From NCBI RefSeq assembly GCF_009834535.1, contig NC_045697.1, positions 932,001 to 996,000 of the forward strand: 64,000 nucleotides of DNA, written 5' to 3'. The position numbers and the translations under genes were made by a program. Positions 1 to 46,805 of this stretch are shown here, in pieces; position 1 is the first letter of the stretch; every line of letters begins with the position of its first letter. The notes below the pieces were generated by a model that worked only from the letters and a program-made list of their open reading frames with translations, made no database searches and was not told the origin of the DNA. This DNA is from Camelus ferus (taxonomy: Eukaryota).

Positions 1-2835
<2,835 letters not shown>

Positions 2836-3366
2836 AGGGCTGTCGGCCTGCGGGCCGAGCCTCCATCAATGTGAGAATGGACCCCAGCCCACCGTGCTGC
2901 TGCTCGTGTGCTGAGACCGCTGGGTCCCACCGGCCCAGGCCTGAGACCTGGTCTAGGTGGACAGATGGGACAGACAGCTTCGTGTGTGTGCGCGTGTGTG
3001 TGCAGGGGTCCCCAGGGTTCCTTCTCTGCTGTACAGTGACCTGGCCACCTGTGCTGGCAGCACCAAGGGACCGAATTTGGAATGTAAGGGGCCCTGCCTG
3101 TGGAGCCCTTCAGGGTGGGGAGCTGGGCCCCTCCCCAGGCTCCCGGCCCGCCCCTCCCCCCACTGCCACCCCACAGGGAGCTTTGGGGCGGGCCAGGCTC
3201 CTGTGTCCAGAGTGGGCTGTGGCCCCTCCAAGTGCCCAAGCTGAGCCTGTAGGGAAGCCCCCACGTGGCACGCCTCCCACCTAAGGGGCACCTTGCCCCT
3301 GGGGTGTTAGCAGCCCCCCACTTCCAGGCCTCCCCACTTCCCACCCTGCTCCTCAGAAACTGAAAT

Positions 3367-3374
3367 TACGGGTA
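3367..3374 (+). promoter_or_regulatory. miR-99/100 8mer seed site in FGFR3 3'UTR
   Basis: TACGGGTA, complementary to the miR-99/100 seed ACCCGUA plus A1; FGFR3 is an established miR-99a/100 target. Confidence 0.8.
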
Positions 3375-4394
3375 CCTGAAGGCGGGAGCCTTTAACTTCT
3401 ATCTGAAATGGTTATTCCAGACACAAGTGTACATTTCTATAAATAGATGCTGTGTATATGATCTACACCTACATATATATATATATATGTGGAAGAAGGA
3501 AGGCTGGGACACCTGAGGTGCGCACAAGACCTGAGGGTGCAGGGGGCGGGGGTCCCTAGCTGGGGGAGGCCCTGGGGAACTCGCTGTTACGACAAATGCA
3601 AAAACCGGCAAAGGCTGGAGGGGCTTTTCTGGCATCGCAGTTTTGTTTTAAAAATTGTACCTGGATCTGTATGTTTGTAAAGCTCTTTATCGACCCCAGA
3701 GCCCGTGTCCCTGTCCCTCCCATCACTCCTGGTGTGTAGCCAGCCACGTGGCAGAGGTTTCAGGTTTACCTTACTAACAGAGGGAAGGTTGATGCCTCGT
3801 TGAGGGTTTGCTGAGGGTGCGTGCAGCCCACGCCCCAAGGTGCGAGCCAGCCCCGCACTCCCCCAGGGGCCGCGAAGAGCTTGGGATGGTTCCAGTGAGG
3901 ATGCTTTGTTTCCTTTGGCCTTCTTTTGCAGGAGAGTTAGATTTCTATAGGATTTTTCTTTAGATTTTTTTGGGGGGACTTCAAAGCAAGCTGGTATTTT
4001 CATACAAGTTCCTCTAATTGCCACGTGTTCCAGGCGGGGAGGCAGTTTCCAGTGGGGGCCAGCCCTGCACGCAGGTTCAGAAGTTATTAGATGTTACAAG
4101 TTTATATATATCTATATATATAATTTATTGAGTTTTTACAAGATGTATTTGCTGTAGATTTAACACTTCTTACGCAATGCTTCTAGACTTTTATAGCCCA
4201 GACTGCTACTTTTCAAAGCTTGGGAGAGAAAGCCACAGATTCAGTCTTGTTACTCTGGGTGCCATTAATGGCCCTGCGTTTGGGCGCTGTTCTCTGCTTG
4301 TCAGCGGGCTCGGGCCAGGGTCTGTGTTCTCAGGGCCCCCAGCCTTGTGGGGGCCAAAGGTGTCAGCCCAAACCGGCAGAAGTGCTTTCCAAAA

Positions 4395-4400
4395 AATAAA
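4395..4400 (+). terminator. FGFR3 polyadenylation signal
   Basis: AATAAA followed by gacacctggtt and a GT/T-rich downstream element (tgtgtgctttgtctcttgtct). Confidence 0.85.
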
Positions 4401-5699
4401 GACACCTGGTTCAGATGTGTGCTTTGTCTCTTGTCTTGGGATCCCAGGCAGCTCCCGTGTCCTCACTGCCCACCTGGGGCGGGTTCCATCGTCTGTCCCC
4501 GGAGGAGGGAGGGGTCACTAGTTGTTTGGGGCAGGGTCTCCAGAGTGAACTGGCTGCCTGGGTCTCACTCTCTCCAAGGGTTTCCAGCCCAGGTCTGGCT
4601 CAGATAGGACAAGTCCTGGGCAGAGCCAGGGTGAGAGTGGTCCTCTGTGTCCAGCTGCACAGGGCCCCACGCTGGCAGGGCAGAACCTCGGGGTCCCTGG
4701 TGGTATTCATTGCCTTGGTCTGGGGTCCCCAAAGGCAGGGAATGCATGTGACGTGTCTGTGGAAGGGGCAGTGAGACACTGGGGGTGGGTGGTGCAAGGA
4801 AGAAAGGCTCTGGGCCTCCAACCTCCTGTTCGCCCCTGCCCCCCCCCCCACCTTATGGAAGTTGAGGGCCCTGAGGCTCATGTCCAGATATCTCCCATCA
4901 CCCCACCCTGTGGCATCTGCCTACCCAGTCAGCTGGGGAGGGGGAGGGTTCTAAGTGGGGCCCCCCCCATGAAGCCCCTGTGTAAGCAAAGCCCTCAGCT
5001 GGCCCCCTGATTCAGCTGTCTGGTTCCTGGTTGGCTCTCCTCCCCATCCCAGGCCTGACCCCCTGACCACTGTGGGCCCAACCAGTGCCATCTGCATTCT
5101 GACTCTCCTGCAACTTTGGGCAGGTTCTGCATGCCAGTTCCAGGCTAGCTAGGGCACCGAGGACACAGGGACAGGGTCTGGCCCCATCTGCTCCAGAGTT
5201 CACCGCCTGAGGGAGAAGGAAGACAGAGCAGGGTACCCATGCAGCAGTGGTGGGGAGTGAGTCTGGGAAAGCTTCCTGGAGGAGGCAGCAGGGACCAGGC
5301 CATGCGGGGGGACTAGGGTGGATTCAGGGACAGGCCATCATGCAGACTTTCACATGTCCTCCCTGGAACCCAGCGTTGCCTAGGGCTGACTTTTCCTCTG
5401 AGACTTGCCCCTGCTTTGCGACCTGGTGCCCCTCCCTCCTTTGTCCCTCCTCGTGTCTGTCCTGAGAGACTAATCAGCCTCTGGGCAGTGTTAACTTTTA
5501 CTCTGGCTTCTAAGGACCTCGCCCCCCTTCTTGCTGCGCTCAACTCACCTTACAGGTGAGGGGGTTTCTGGGGCTACTTTCTGTAGAGCCGAGGAGGCTG
5601 CTAGGGGCTTGGTCCTGGATACCAGTGCAGCCCAATACCTGGCCCCGCTCAGGGAAGCGCTGTCTGCCCCCAAACCCCTCCAGGGCTGCCGGAGTGTTT

Positions 5700-6680
5700 G
5701 TGTCCAGCGCTCGGGGGCAACGCGGCGACGGTGGCGGGGACGGGAAGGAGGCCAGCGAGGGCCTGGGCCTGGAGGGCGCCGGCGAGGTGCCAGGGAGGGG
5801 CGCGGGAGGCAGGGCGGCGGGTCCAGGCCTGGCCGGGAGCAGCGCGGGGCGGGGGCGCCCTCTAGCGCCGGCCGGGCTGAGTCCCCGCTCGCCCCTTCTC
5901 TGAACTTGGACCCGGAGGGGCTCCCGGTGCGCGATCTGGACCTCGAGGGGCCTGGCCGCGGGCGGAGGGGCTGCCTTCCAGGATGCCGGACGGGGAGCGG
6001 GGAGGGGCGCTGACCGGAGAGGCCCGGACCCGGGAGGGCAGGCTGGGGCGCCGGCCAGGTGAGACTCAGCCTCCTCGCCCCGGGAACCTCCCCGCCCTCA
6101 CCCGCCTCGCCACGCCACGCCCCGCCTCCTCACGCGGCCCCGCCCCCTCTTCTCCTGCCCAGGGTCCCCCCGCCGCCCCTCGTCTGCCGGACCCGCCCCC
6201 CACCCACAGCCCCACCTCACCCGCCCGGCTCCGCCTCCTCACGTGGCCTCCGCGGACCGGCTTCTCTGAGCTCCGGAGCCAGGACGGGGACGGGCGGCCG
6301 TGTGGCTTAGAGCAAGGCGCTGACACCCCGCCCGCCCTCGGAGGGTCCCAAGCCCCTGTTCTTGGACCCCCCAGGCACGCCCTCGTCTTCGGCCTTCCGC
6401 TCGGTGGCCTGGGGCTCCTCGCCGGTCTGTGCGTCTCCACCTCCTCCCTGGCCCCCTAGCCAGGTCGGCCTTCGTGCCCAACCTGTGGAGGCCGCCCGCT
6501 GGCCCCGCCAGGCTGGACACCGACCCCCCGCGGTCCTGTTCCCCAGGGCGGTGCATGAACATACTCAGTCGCAGCTGCTCACGTCTTGGTTTCGCCCGCG
6601 GTCTTCAGGGGGTCCCATCACGTGTAAAAACATGTGCCCCCACTTGGAATGGACCATCCCCAATCGCCCCCACTACGGCT
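5700..6680. promoter_or_regulatory. Intergenic CpG island between the FGFR3 and LETM1 3' ends
   Basis: Dense CpG, GC boxes, E-boxes CACGTG 6240-6245 and 6619-6624, CTCF-like motif 5855-5868. Confidence 0.7.
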
Positions 6681-7685
6681 GATGGAGATTTAAAGTCAGG
6701 ATCCCGGTGTCCCTTCTCAGTAACTAGTCTGAAACAGCCCTGCCCGCCCTCCCCGTGTGTAGTTTTTGGACGGGGACAGCCGTGGATGTGCTGGTGGCTC
6801 CCGTGGGGTCATGTCTTTCCCGACTGGGCATCTGGGGCACTGTCTGGGGCACACGGCCAGCAGCCCTCACACCAAGCTCCCTGCCTGTCACTCCAGCTCC
6901 ATGCCCCCGTGACCCCAGGGTAGCCATTCACCAGGGCGGCTGCAGTGCAGGACAGGTGGATTCCAGCATTTCTCCGGTCCAGTCCATCAGCTGTAATTCT
7001 CCCTCAAGAGCTTTCTGGGAGGAAACAGAACAGGAGCCACTGTTTGGGGGCACGGATAGGGGGAGAGCAAAGGCTGAGACCAGCACCCATCGCCCACACC
7101 TGCACGCACAGAAAAGACCTCTCCCCGACACGGGTCAGGAATAACATGCAAGTGCTCAGAACTGCGGGGCAGGCAGAGACAGCGGCTAAAGCCAGGCTCA
7201 GGGAGAGGGGATGTATGTAGGTCCCTAGGGTGGAAGAAGCCCCCAGTGCCTGGGAGGATGGGAGCTTGTGCCTGTGCGTGGTGTTGAGATAGGACCTAGA
7301 AACCCTCCGGGGCTTCCCTGCCACCCTCCTGGCCAGGCCTCAGCTCTCCACCTGGAGCAGGGCACCCCCACTGGAGCCGGCGGCATGAGCTGGGCAGGGC
7401 AGAGCAGCCCTGTGGTGGTTGTGGGTAAAGTGGGGGCTGCAGGCTGGCCCTGCCCCAGTGTTGGGAGGGAGACCCTCCATGCACCGGGCAGAGCCGTCGA
7501 TGCCTGCTCCCAAGGGCCCTGAGTCTTTCAGAACTTCCCCCTCCTGGGCTGTTCCTCAGCCAGGGCCCTTCTCAGGCCCAAGGTGCCCACTGAAGGTTGT
7601 GGGGAGTGGAGAGCCTGGTCAGGCAGTGGCTGCCTCACCGAGCTGGACAAACCATCACATGGCAGACAGGTCAGCAAGAAAGCAC

Positions 7686-7691
7686 TTTATT
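7686..7691 (-). terminator. LETM1 distal polyadenylation signal
   Basis: TTTATT on + (AATAAA on -), followed on - by gtgctttcttgctgacctgtct. Confidence 0.7.
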
Positions 7692-9964
7692 AAACCTTCT
7701 CCTTACATTAAATCAAGTAGTCTGGTCACTGGCAGTCTGACAGCATTGGCAAGGCACACTGTCACAGAACCAGGGGACACCTGAGGCCAGGGCTTGAGCC
7801 CTGGAATCTGGAATCTGGCCTCAGGACAGCAGGCCCAGACCCAAAAGCCCACTTGCCACTTCTCCTGCTGGGAAGCCAGAGCCAGACACAGGTGGACATG
7901 GAGACATTTTCCACCTTGACCTCTGATGTGTCATGGTTCAGAAATCTTACTTTGAGCCGTTACAGGAACATGAATTTCTTATTTTAATAAAAACACTATT
8001 TCTGAAAAAAGTGTTTGCACACAGCCCAAGGAGGCCCTCAGGCGAAGCTGGCCCCGGGCCCCTGGAGGACGTGGAGACAGAGCCAGCTGCTGGCCCCTCA
8101 CCCTGTGTGGAGAAACACTGCCTGGAGATGACTCTTCACAAACTACACAGTGCCCTTCATTCTTAAAAAGTCTGGATTTTGACATTCCAAAATGACTGGA
8201 ACCCACGTGCCAATTTCCAGAATCCCTAATGAAAAAGTGGGTGTTCAGGTGGAGTGGAAGAGGAAACGCAGGCTAAGAACCCCTGCCTGGTCTTCAAGCA
8301 GGCGTGGCTGGCACAGCTTCCGCAGGCACAGGCACGGGCACCTCGGCACACGGCACCCCGCACTCCACATTTCCAAAGCCACCGTTCATCACACCTGCAG
8401 CTGGGCCGGACCCAGTTCAGGACAGTAAAAACAAACAATCGGGGTGGGGACGCCTGCAGCCAGCCATCGCCAACGTCACAAAAACTGAAGGAGGGTCCCG
8501 CCGCCCCCAGGGGCGTGGCTCCACCTGGGAGATGCAGGCACTCCGCTCCGGGGGGAGCAGCTGCAGAGCGCGGGGGCGGCGTGCTGGGGCCGAGACCCAG
8601 GCTGCCGGAGGACTGCCAGGTAGCTCATAGATCCCAACTAAGTGTCTGGAGCGCACTTCTTAAATAACTGAAATAAAAACCCTTTAGACCCAACTGTTCC
8701 TTTATCAAGTTTTACATTTGAGAATATATAATCTCACCCGTTTTGTCACGTTTCTTCCTTAATGGCTGAGTAGAAAGTTTCAAGTAATTCAGAAGCTATC
8801 ATTTCGTCATCATCCTCTCTCGGCTAACCTGGCCACTCTATTCCTGTGTCTCCAATTCCTATGATTCCCCACAAAGAACGGTCTTGTGGGAACTCACCCC
8901 GAGTACAAGGAGTCACAGCTGAGGCCACCGGCCACCCGGCCCCACCTGCCCCACAGAGCACCGTGCTCCCAAGCTGCCGGGTGTGGACACTGGCCACCAG
9001 GCCAGGAGGCTGCCACGCTCCGCCCAGAGGTGCATGGGCTGGCCCTACGGCTCTTGGAGGCCTGCGGGCCGCACGGGCCCCCCGGAGAGGCTCCCAAGGC
9101 CTCCTGCCCAGCCGTCTGGGAGGAGCCGCGCTGCGGGCCCGCGGAGGCCCTTGTGACGCAGAGCAGCCCAGGGCCGGCCTGTCCCTGGATGCACAGCGAA
9201 ACCTGCTCCTAACTCCCATGAGGCCAATGAGGCGCTAACACCCCAAGTCAGAAAACTTCCTAAAAGCTACAAGAGCTCCATAAGTCATTCAACCATGAGA
9301 TGCTGACTTTTCAAGGGCTTCACTGGTGTCTCACGGCAGAGCTCCCACTTGATTTACCCAGGCAGACTGTCACGCGAGGAAATTCTGTACTCATTAATTA
9401 ATTAAAGGTTTTAGGTGAAAATCAAAAGCACATCAGGAAAGAGCTCAAATACACACATAAGAGGAAACTTGCAGGAGACCCCGACACTCCCGTCAGAACT
9501 GAGATTCTCCAGCAGCCACAGAGAGACGGATGGACGTACTTTCTCAGTCGTTACAGATGTGACTTGGGAAGGGTGCACAAGTCAGTCCTATTTTATACAG
9601 ATATTCAGGAACCCAAGTCCACGGACTCACGAAGCATCTTCTCCAGGCTGAGGAGGCTGTGCCCGCATCTGACTCCCAGTCGCATGCCTCTGGCTCCACA
9701 GGCACGCGGTCCAGGTGTCTGTCCTCTCTCCTCCTGGGACAGACGCCGCCAGGGGGTGCGTGGGGAGGCCAAGTGAGCCTCTGCAGGGCCACAGCCCCCC
9801 GCTGCTGGCAGGCTGCACACTGGGCTGCTGCAGCCCGGACCGCTGCAGCCCCTGCTATGGCATGAACCCAGAGGAGTCTCCCTGGAGGGGTTCAGGGATT
9901 CCAGACTGACTGAATCTTCGTGGAATGATGAAAATTTAAAATTACTTGATATGGAAGTTTCTGA

Positions 9965-9970
9965 TTTATT
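9965..9970 (-). terminator. LETM1 proximal polyadenylation signal
   Basis: AATAAA on - strand ~130 nt after the stop codon, in an AT-rich patch. Confidence 0.65.
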
Positions 9971-10100
9971 CCAGACAAAATATTAGATTTGTCACTAAGA
10001 ATCACTTCAAAGCAATCACTATCACGAGAGGGCTGCAGTGGCCAGTGCAGATGGAGCCAGACATGCGAGGGGCCACTACGGAGCCAGAGCGGGGCTGGCC

Positions 10101-41565
<31,465 letters not shown>

Positions 41566-43994
41566 GTGCCCGGCCGCGGAGGCTGCCCGGCCTCCTGCTG
41601 CTGCCTCCTCCTTCTCCGCCGCGGCGGCCGCGGCTCCTCGCCGGCCGGCGGCGGCTCGGCCCGCCCGCGGACGGTTGAGGGCGGCGGTTGGCTGCGGGCG
41701 GCGGGCGCTCAGCTCAAGGACCCGGCATCGGCGGCAGCCATGTCCCAGAGCCGACGTCCGGCGGCGCGGGGCGGGGCGGCCGGGCCGCCGCTCCCATTGG
41801 GCCCCTCGGGCTCCCGGCGCCGGCCAGGTGAGGGGCGGGCCCGCGCCGCAGCGGACTGCCGGTCCCGGCCTGCCCCGCGGCCGGTCGCCCGTCCCGGCGT
41901 GCTCCGCGCGGCCGCCCTGCGGCGCGCTGCTTCCGGGGTCGCGCCGCGCCGCGCCGCGCCGCGCGTGCGGGCCTCGCGGGCTGGGAGCCGGCGGGGCATG
42001 CGTGCTGGGCCTTCCCGCGCCCGCGCCCGCGCCGCGGCTGTGGGATCTAGGCTGCCGCACCGACGCGCAGCAGAGGCCTCCGGGACCTTTGCAGCAGAGT
42101 CCTGCGGGGGCCTGAGGGACGCCAGCGGCCGGGTTCGTCTGGCCCGGGGCCGCCGCCCGCAGCCCCGAGGGCCCCCGGTCCAGGGCGGCGCCCGCTGGGG
42201 CTGGGCCGAGCGCGCAGGTCCGCCCCGCTGACCCCTCAAGCGCTTGCCCTCGGGAGGGAGAGACCGGGCAGTCGTGGCCTTCGAGCTCCACCTTCCCTTC
42301 CCTAAGACGCGGTTGTGTTGGCGGTGGTCGTGGGGAGATCGTTGAGGTGGTGCCCGGAAAGCAGGCCGGGGGAGTTGGGGATCCGCGGCTCTGGGGCCCA
42401 GGGAACACGGCCTTCCCCAGCAGCTCGCTCCCACCGGCCTGTGCCTCAGCCCGTCCCCGGACTCCCCACCCTGCTTCCCACTCGCCAGCCTGTGCTCCTC
42501 TCAGGTCCTCTGCCTGGACGGTCTTTGCAGTCCTTCCCGCCCATCTGCTTGTCTGTCTTGTTCACTGCTGTAACCCCAGCAGTTTCCTGCAGTGCACACT
42601 CAGTGCGTGCCTGTCCTCTGACGTGCAGGAGCGTGGAAATCCTGATTACAGCAGGCTCCCGTCTTCAGGGCTGGTTGAATAGCACTTCTCCCTAGGAGGC
42701 TCCCCCAGCACGCAGCCTTCTCCATCTGGAAGAAGTAGCCTGCCTGTGGTGGTTTTCCTGAACCTCCCTGAGCCAGAACCACCAGGTGCTGGACTGGGAT
42801 GGGGCTGGAGTCCCCATCACAGGTGGGGAGGGTGGCATTCGTTAGTGCAGGGCACTTTGTAGATGATGTGAAGCGCTTATATTGGCACTGGGCAGTCAGT
42901 GCCATAGACATCAAGTGCAGGGTTCATTGAAGCTCTCCATATGCCTGAAACTGAGATTCCACTGCCCACAAACTGTAAAGCCATGTTCCTTCCCTGCCCA
43001 TCCCCCAGGAGACAATGGGGGAGGGACAAGGAAGGATAGTCCTTGTCCCCTGGCCCTGGGCCAGGCCTGAGGCAGGGTCCACAGGTGCTCAGGGTTGGAC
43101 AGGACTGGCCTTTTAATACCCAAAGTGTAGGAGTACACTTGTCTAAGTACTAGTAGCTGACATTGGCCCTGAGCGCCTTAGGGCCCTGTCCCAAAGCTGT
43201 TGAGGGGCAGAGAGGGAGACCCTAGAGATGGGAAAGAATCAAAGTTGGTCCCTGATGATGCTTCAGGGTCCCAGCTGGCCAGAGACAGGGCCGAGCAGGA
43301 GGCAGTGACCAACCAATGGGCATGAATGTCTGTTTGTAACAGGACTTTGAAGGACACTGCAGGGGTTGGGTAGCAACACTGCTCACCTGCACTTGGGATG
43401 CCTCACCCCTGGGCCAGCCAGGTCGGTGGAAGGGAGAAGCCAAATTAGGGTCTTCATAGAGGAACAGGGATGCTGCGTCAGGAGATTCTGGACACCACCT
43501 CTGATGCTCTCTGCAGCCTGGGCAGGGTCAAGTTTTAGAGAAACTCATTTTCAACCATCAGTAACTTTACTGGGTTTTCTGATTATCTGAAGAACATGTG
43601 CTAATTGTAGCCATTTCAAGTTTATAAAAATAAGTAAAGAAACAAGTGGACATCTGGTACAAGGCAACTTACAGGGCAAGTTTTATTTCTACCCCAATTT
43701 TGCAAATAAGTAACAAACTCAGAAAGGCTAATACCAGATGTGTGGCCGCCTTCCTCCCGCACATCTGTCTCTTCATGAAGCAGTCTGAGAACACACAATT
43801 GTGGTGCAGCAGGTTGTTTTAAAGTCGTGGACTCCTTCTGCCTCTTTCTTTTTTCTCTCCTTTGGCAAGGCTCCCTTTTCCTCTTCCCTGTGCTTCCACA
43901 TACTGTACATAACCTTCCACAGTCACTGTGCATTTACACAGATGACAGAGTCTAGAGTAACAGGGTGGGATGTCCAGGCAGCGGAAACGCCCCA

Positions 43995-44163
43995 GTTAGG
44001 GAGGTTAGAGAATCAGGTTAGGAATCAGGTTAAGGAGTCAGGTTAGAGATCATGCTAAAGAATCAGTCAATCAGAAATTAGGGTCTGATTAGGGGGTCAG
44101 ATTAGAGATTGGCTTAGGGAATCAGCTAAGGCGTCAGGTTAGAGGTTGGGTTAGGGGTAAGGG
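43995..44163 (+). repeat. Degenerate ~11-12 bp minisatellite with TTAGGG-like cores
   Basis: Repeating aatcaggttag/gtcaggttag units; five exact TTAGGG. Confidence 0.7.
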
Positions 44164-45004
44164 TACCAGAGGAAGACTGGGCAGAACTGTGTGCTATACT
44201 CCGGCCACGCTCAGGTGCAGGACAGGCAGGAATGGATAGGACCAGGTTAGAGTTTTACCCAGAAGTGTGAAGAAGGAAGAGAGGGACCATGGAGTCAGGG
44301 TGTGCACAAGGGAGCGGCTTTACATAAGTCTTGACTGGGAAGTTTGAACTGGGGAAGAGGTGGGGGGGGGCTTGGGATAGTGGAAGGTGGCAAGATCACT
44401 GACCTGTGGGGCCTGCTAGGACTAAAGGGAGTTTGGAGTTGGGTACCAGAGCAAGTAAGCTGGCAACAGAGGGATGCTTACAACGGGGGTGGTGGGCATG
44501 GCTTGTGCTCTGGGCCATGGCAAGGGCAAGGGTGTGAGCCCAGGAGAGGGGCCTGAGGCAGGGCTGGAGGGTAAGGTCCTTGGGGAGAGGCGCCAGGTGC
44601 CTTTGAGCACCATGGGGAAAGGTATGTCTTCCTCCAGCAGCCTTATGTATGCACAGGCATGGAACAACCTGCACAACCAAGATGGTGGCTGTGGGCTGTG
44701 ATATGGGAGGGACATGCGTTTGATTCTTGAGACCCCAAGGATGGGGTCTATGGGACTGAGGTTGTGCCTCCTGGCTTCCTGTTGCAACCCACCTCTCTCA
44801 TTGCTTCTTCATAACAGAACCCTGGGTTTGCTGGAAAACCTTTTTGTAAACCTTTCAAATTAAAAGTTTTAATTTTAAAATTAACTTTCACTTTTACTTC
44901 AGTGTATGTGAGGTGAAGTGGCCAAGTCCCAAGTATACAGTGTGAAACATTTTTCCATTATGCACACACCTATGCAGCCCCCACTCCAACCAAAGCAAAA
45001 GGCT

Positions 45005-45352
45005 TACAGAGGAGGAAGAGGGAGGCAGAAGAGAGAGGCAGAGGGAGATGTGACTACAGAGGAGGTGGTCAGAGTGATTCCGTGTGAGAGGGGCTCAGGC
45101 AGCTGTGGCTGTCTTCGAAGACTGAGGAAGGGGCCTTGTGCCAAGGGATGCAAGCAGCCTCTAGAGGCTGGAAAAGACAAGGAAATTAATTCTCTCCCAG
45201 AGCCTCCGGACGGGAATGCATCCCTGGCAACACCTTGATTTTAGACCAGCGAGACCTGTGTCAGATTTCCGACCTACAAAACTTTAAGATGATAAATTTG
45301 GGAGGTTTTAAGCCACTGAGTTTACAAGAATTTGTTGCAGAAGCAAATAACA
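45005..45352 (+). mobile_element. MLT1 (MaLR) LTR, MLT1D-like
   Basis: ggagatgtgac...cagcctctagaggctggaaaagacaaggaaa...ttctctcccagagcctc...caccttgattttag...ttttaagccactgagttt. Confidence 0.75.
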
Positions 45353-46404
45353 TATCCCATTAACTGCAGCAGTGCTTTTGTTGGAAGTCAGGTGGCCAGG
45401 TGTGCATGGGACTCTCTTCTGTTGCTTGTTCTTTTTGTTTATACTTGAGCCAATAGTGAGCGGTTTTAATGACTGCAGCTTGTAATTGCACTTGGAACGC
45501 GGCACCGTCAGGCCTGCAGCTTGCTCTCCTTCAGGCTCGTTCTGGGTGCTCTTAGTGTCTTTCGACGAACAGAAGGTTTACATTTTAGTGCAAACAGATC
45601 TTCCCTTTGACAGCTAACAGGTTTCCCCTGGCCTTTTTAGCAAGGTCTTCCCTAACATAAGGTCAGGAAGGTATTCATTTATGTCTTATACCAAAGGAGT
45701 TAAATATTTTCTTTCACTGTTTAAGACTTCGATCCATCTAGAGTTTCCAGGAATTTTTGCATGTAGTGTGAGGTACAAGCCCAGATTCATTTTTTGTGTT
45801 TACTTTGTTTTTGTTTTTTACCTTATGGATAACCCAGCATCCCAGGCCTCCTTATTGAATTGTCTCTCTTTCCCCCCAATCTGCCATGTCCCTCTGTCAC
45901 ATGTCAAAGTTTCATCCATCCTCTTCTTTCATTGGTCAGCTGTTCCCTATTCCATGACCCCCCTCATGGTGGGTCCCAATCAGAGGCATAGTTGCTTTGA
46001 AGCTAAGGAGACCCCTGCATGAGACCTGGGCAAGTTAGTGTATTCACAGGACTGTTTTCTTTTGAGGGTAAGTTTGTAAAAGAGTGATATTTGGATTGCC
46101 ATTGTTTATGACCACTGTCTCTGTCCTTACTGCCTGCCCCTCTGGTTTGATGATATGGGGTGCTTACGTGTGGTTTGCATCCAAGCAGGATTCAGCCTGC
46201 TTGGGTTTGCTGAGCTTCTTAGATGTGTAGATTAATGTTTTTGTCAACTGTGGACAAATTTTGGCCATCATTTTGGCAAATATTTTTTATCAGTTGCCTT
46301 TTCTCTGCGTGCCTCATGACTTTTTTTTTTTTTTTTGTATATTGGTTGTTCTAGATGATATGTTACAACCTCTAGATTCTGTTATCATCCTCTGAAAATG
46401 ACCA

Positions 46405-46805
46405 CGTGTGCTTTTGAAGGCCAGATCACAAAAGACTGCTATTTCTGCCTTCCTCCTTTTTGGATTCCTGCTCTGAGGGAAGGCAGCCCCCATGTTAGGG
46501 GAACACTTGAGCAGCCCCTGGAGAGGCCCAAATGGGGAAGAACTGAGGCCTTCTGCCAATGAGCAGCACCACCTGAGTAAACCACCTTGGCGGTCCATCC
46601 ACAGCCCCAGGCAAGCCTTTAGATGCCAGCAGCCCTGGGTGTCATCTTGTCTGCAAGCTCATGGGAGACCTTGAGCCTTGAGCCAGAACTATCCAGCTCC
46701 CCCACTTCCGAATTCCTGACAAAGAAATTGCATGTGATAAGCAGTGTTGACAGCTGTTCTGAATCACTAAGCTTCGGGGCTCTATGACCTCAGCAATAGG
46801 TGGCT
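46405..46805 (+). mobile_element. MLT1 (MaLR) LTR, MLT1F-like
   Basis: ggagaggcccaaatggggaagaactgaggcct...cacagccccaggcaagcctttagatg...ccagaactatccagct...actaagcttcgggg. Confidence 0.65.

Larger units (their letters stand above)
2836..4420 (+). other. FGFR3: FGFR3 3' UTR (end approximate)
   Basis: Follows the stop codon; AT-rich blocks near 3360-3490 and 3930-4220 resemble the mammalian FGFR3 3'UTR as I recall it; ends after AATAAA 4395-4400. Confidence 0.85.

Noticed and set aside
5531..6923. Several 100-160 aa ORFs in the intergenic CpG island
   Set aside because: Low-complexity translations on both strands with no recognisable protein family
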